In this document: in pieces, positions 34,674 to 37,815 of the stretch
Layout: every line of letters starts with the position of its first letter
Position numbering within the stretch: the stretch's first letter is position 1
Virus record (IMG/VR): IMGVR_UViG_3300035524_000069
Coordinates: 1-37,815 of that record
Length of the DNA stretch: 37,815 bases
Source of the DNA: a virus
Lineage: Duplodnaviria > Caudoviricetes
Strand: one strand, 5' to 3'
The notes under the pieces: model-generated
What the model was told of the DNA's origin: nothing
Database searches by the model: none
The model's input: only the letters and a program-made list of their open reading frames with translations
Position numbers and translations under genes: made by a program

Positions 34674-35964
34674 TCCTGTTAGCAGCATCAGGATCGAAGG
34701 AAGGATCAAGCAAAGGAAGCTGAAGCCTAAACCAGAGTTTGCAGATCTCATAGCCGATTTGGAATCCAAAGGCATGAGGGACCTGATCAAAGCAGATTGG
34801 TTCGACACTACCTATGAAGACAGAGAATGGTCCAGCAATCTGATCACATCTAATGGACTGGATAAAATTGGTGGCGACGTCTGGTCTGGTGCTCTGGCTA
34901 GGTTCTGGGATAACTACCAATTTGGAACCGGCAGTGGTATCCCCACAATGTCGTCAGCATCTTTAAGTAATTACTACAGCTATTGTCATGATCCCCTAGC
35001 TCTTCCACCCGATTACAAAGCGAATACCTATGACTACAATAACGGAAGGGTTACCTTAACCAGAACATGGCTATCCAGAGTTGTAGAAGACTATATAACA
35101 GTCACTGAAGGTGGATTTGGAGCAGGGCAAGTAGGCTCACTGAATAGCCGGTTTCTATTAGAAAACCCTATTTCACTAGAACCTGGTGATTACTATGCAC
35201 CAATCTATGAATTAGTCATTACGCTATCCCCCACACTATCGACCATAAGTATTCCTTCACCCTTTATTGCAGGTATAGGGGACATAGCTGCCACGGCTAG
35301 GTTCGAAACTCTTTTCGGTCTGTTACCAGCACTTCGAAATGATGCCTCTTACGGTAGTACTAGCACATATAACCATGAATATAACAAGGTAATCACCGGA
35401 ACAGAACATCCTTTCTCAAATCTTCTCGATGATATTGGAGAACAGGATGAGGTTTACTTTAGTTTGTTCAGTTCATCTGGAGGTGAAAGTGCAAATCTAA
35501 ATTACCACGACATTGTCTGTAACCGGTTTGATAACACCAATGGATATGGTTACTGGACACTGGCATGGCCCATGGAAGGAGAAAACGGATATGATATCAC
35601 AGCTCCTGATATCTGTGTGGTCCTTGCAACAGATGCCAGTCCTCTAACGTTCTCTTCAGAAGGTCACATAATGCAAGGTGTATTGGAAGTCTTTAACAAC
35701 TTTCCAAGAAACCGAACACAAGGCGAAGGATCCGGATGGAGACCTTATGAGTCGGGAAGTTATCAGTCTATTGTAAGGGAGGTCATTGACAATAACCATG
35801 GGAACCACAGCGGGATCCGATCGATTGCATGGTGTATCAAAGAGTCTCCAGTCGGGTCCACCGACTGGCAGTATAGATCACTTTACCGAGTTCTACTCGA
35901 CAAACCAATGAATAAGGAACCAGGCAAAATCCTGACCTTAGACTTCAAAAGGAGCTGGGCATAA
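34666..35964 (+). CDS. Putative virion structural protein, fibre-associated
   Basis: Between gpI and fibre; NLITSNGLD...GTGSG...VTEGG...LNSRFLL pattern resembles fibre-attachment domains; overlapping starts and stops. Confidence 0.6.
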   Translation: MSNPVSSIRIEGRIKQRKLKPKPEFADLIADLESKGMRDLIKADWFDTTYEDREWSSNLITSNGLDKIGGDVWSGALARFWDNYQFGTGSGIPTMSSASLSNYYSYCHDPLALPPDYKANTYDYNNGRVTLTRTWLSRVVEDYITVTEGGFGAGQVGSLNSRFLLENPISLEPGDYYAPIYELVITLSPTLSTISIPSPFIAGIGDIAATARFETLFGLLPALRNDASYGSTSTYNHEYNKVITGTEHPFSNLLDDIGEQDEVYFSLFSSSGGESANLNYHDIVCNRFDNTNGYGYWTLAWPMEGENGYDITAPDICVVLATDASPLTFSSEGHIMQGVLEVFNNFPRNRTQGEGSGWRPYESGSYQSIVREVIDNNHGNHSGIRSIAWCIKESPVGSTDWQYRSLYRVLLDKPMNKEPGKILTLDFKRSWA

Positions 35965-37445
35965 TGGCTAGTTACAATGCAATTCTCACAAATCTAGGTT
36001 TAGCTAAAATCGCAGCAGCCCTGGCAGACAACAGTACAATCAACCTAACAACGATGGTCATTGGCGACGGTGCTGGGAACGATGTTGTTTTGTCTCCTGC
36101 TCGAACTACCCTAGTCCGTCAGGTTTCAAGCACGCCACTTTACTCACTGTCCTATAATCCCGATCGTCCTACACAGGCCACTGCTCAAGCCTTCATTAGC
36201 GAAGAATCCGGAGGCTATACGATCAGAGAGTTTGGAATCCTGGACGATGCTGGTGAGCTCATCGTGATTGGAAGCACTCCTGCTATTTACAAGCCAACAG
36301 CTGATGTTGATGGTACGACTATTCAAACAATTCTCCGTGTGGTTTTCGATGTCGGCAACAGCAGTGCTGTATCTATCACCCTGGATCCCAATATCCTTTT
36401 GGCCACACGGGATTGGGTACAAGACAACTTCTCCTTATCGATTCTCCTACCAGGTGGAACCACGGGACAAGTTCTCCGTAAACGTTCCAACGCTGATGGA
36501 GACGTAGAATGGTATGATCCAACGACAGGGATAAATGTAACAGTCGATGTCATATCTGAAACGCAAAGCCTGGCTTCAGGTCAGAAGGTCATCAATTTGG
36601 CCATAGCAGGAACCGAGGGCGCAGCAGTTTATTTGGATAGGGACGGCAATGGTGGAGTTCGCCTTCGTGGTGATGGTGATCAATGGGCAGCAACCTCAGA
36701 AAACAGAATCACCTTAACAGCTGCAGCAAGCGGTGGTGAGAAAATTACAATCGTCCAAAATGAGCCAACGGATAGCTCCACCTATTTGAGACGCAGAAAC
36801 GCCCTCTCTGAGATTGCAGAGGATGGAAGCGTTTCTCAGGCAAATGCCAGAGCAAATCTTGGACTTGGGGTTAACCAAGAGGGCTACAACGACATCAAAA
36901 ATGCTGTTCTGCAAAGCATCTATCCAATTTCGTGCGTCAAAATTAGTACGAGTGACATCAATCCAGCTTCCTATCTAGGATTTGGAACGTGGCAGCTATA
37001 CGGACAAGGCCGAGCTCTTGTCGGTGTAAACACAAACGATCCGGACTTTAGAGAAGGTGTTACAGGCGGTGAGAAGACTCACACTCTTTCAAGCGATGAG
37101 ATGCCTTCACACAAGCATAGCACCCCCTCTCAAAAGGCAACCAGCACCGCCAATGGATCCCATACGCATAGTTACCGAGACCGTTACTGGGCTGAAAAGA
37201 ACATTATGCCGTATGCATCGCGCAAAGAAGCCATGCCCACAAACTACAACGGCAAGTATGGATCCAGTGCAACGGACCGAGATAACTCTTATTTCTTGTA
37301 TTATGATGGCACAACCGGCAGCGCACCAAACCATACGCACGATGTAACAATTCCATCATCTGAAACTGGTTCAGCCGGTGGAGGTAAAGCTCACAACAAT
37401 ATGCCACCCTATGTAACCGTCTATGTCTGGAGGAGAACTGCATAA
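35964..37445 (+). CDS. Tail fibre protein (P2 gpH-like N-terminus, HxH metal-binding tip)
   Basis: ILTNLG..KIA, IGDG, GGYTIREFGI; C-terminal IYP...NPA..GFGTW, GGEKTHTL..EMPSHKH, HTH repeats, HNNMPPY..Y.WRRTA. Confidence 0.9.
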   Translation: MASYNAILTNLGLAKIAAALADNSTINLTTMVIGDGAGNDVVLSPARTTLVRQVSSTPLYSLSYNPDRPTQATAQAFISEESGGYTIREFGILDDAGELIVIGSTPAIYKPTADVDGTTIQTILRVVFDVGNSSAVSITLDPNILLATRDWVQDNFSLSILLPGGTTGQVLRKRSNADGDVEWYDPTTGINVTVDVISETQSLASGQKVINLAIAGTEGAAVYLDRDGNGGVRLRGDGDQWAATSENRITLTAAASGGEKITIVQNEPTDSSTYLRRRNALSEIAEDGSVSQANARANLGLGVNQEGYNDIKNAVLQSIYPISCVKISTSDINPASYLGFGTWQLYGQGRALVGVNTNDPDFREGVTGGEKTHTLSSDEMPSHKHSTPSQKATSTANGSHTHSYRDRYWAEKNIMPYASRKEAMPTNYNGKYGSSATDRDNSYFLYYDGTTGSAPNHTHDVTIPSSETGSAGGGKAHNNMPPYVTVYVWRRTA

Positions 37446-37708
37446 TGATGAATTCCATCCTTACAATAACGTTAGCAGTCTTTACCGCTGCCTCTATACC
37501 GATGGCCCTTGCTGCATTGAGGATGCTTCATTTGATACAAATAACTCTGGCCAGAATGGAAGAGCAGCTCTCCAGTCATTCTGATGGAATTCGTGATCTC
37601 AAAAAAGACCAGGAACGACAGGACAAGGAAATTGGTTTGTTAAGTGTTCGAGTAAACAACCACAGCAACCAATTAGCCGTTCTGAATACTAATTCTAAAA
37701 GGACCTAA
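37445..37708 (+). CDS. Small protein with N-terminal TM helix and coiled coil (lysis-cassette position)
   Basis: Hydrophobic first 25 aa then heptad-like LARMEEQL...IRDLKKD; TAATG coupling. Confidence 0.6.
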   Translation: MMNSILTITLAVFTAASIPMALAALRMLHLIQITLARMEEQLSSHSDGIRDLKKDQERQDKEIGLLSVRVNNHSNQLAVLNTNSKRT

Positions 37709-37710
37709 TC

Positions 37711-37815
37711 ATGCTATCTATAATCACAGCTCTAATTACAGTTTGTGGAAGTGCAGGTTTTAGTTCGGTTCTTAAAATGGTCGCTGGGTTCTTAGACTCC
37801 TGGAGATCAAACAGA
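37711..37815 (+). CDS. Holin-like membrane protein, 5' part (3'-truncated by window edge)
   Basis: MLSIITALITVCGSAGFSSVLKMVAGFLDSWRSNR, open to the last base. Confidence 0.55.
   Translation, partial: MLSIITALITVCGSAGFSSVLKMVAGFLDSWRSNR

Larger units (their letters stand above)
1..37815. mobile_element. Temperate phage genome, near complete (lambda-like head, P2-like contractile tail), probably circular/excised form
   Basis: Head, tail, baseplate, integrase, repressor and replication genes fill the window; no host housekeeping genes; attP has arm repeats on both sides of the core; both ends fall in holin-like ORF fragments. Confidence 0.95.

Noticed and set aside
33177-37445. Diversity-generating retroelement or invertible fibre cassette
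   Set aside because: No reverse transcriptase or invertase gene, and no template/variable repeat pair noticed; the Ig repeats differ at all base types

Overview
The window is essentially one temperate tailed-phage genome, apparently read from a circular, excised form. An intact attP (tRNA-Ala/tmRNA-like 3' core flanked by tandem 11-bp arm repeats) and a candidate lambda-like cos site are both internal, and the two window ends look like two halves of one holin-like gene. Modules in order: holin fragment; P2-like contractile tail (sheath, tube, chaperone with -1 frameshift site, tape measure, then an inverted U-X-D block); attP and tyrosine integrase; an AT-rich accessory island (ParB/Srx plus HEPN-like protein, two D12-class adenine methylases, RHH protein, zinc-ribbon remnant, TerB-like membrane protein); a CI/LexA-type repressor broken by one in-frame TGA; early genes; a recombination/replication module ending in a CGGAC iteron array; a Mor/C-family activator; lambda-like packaging and head genes with a protease-capsid fusion; and baseplate/fibre genes including an Ig-Ig-Fn3-extended gpI. 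The best unannotated signals are five copies of AACAT-N4-GCACTA[G/T]A-N19-(-10 box), four of them 7-8 nt before a start codon, the stop-interrupted repressor, and the ParB-HEPN/methylase pair. No endolysin is recognisable. All protein calls come from motif recognition by eye; no searches were run.
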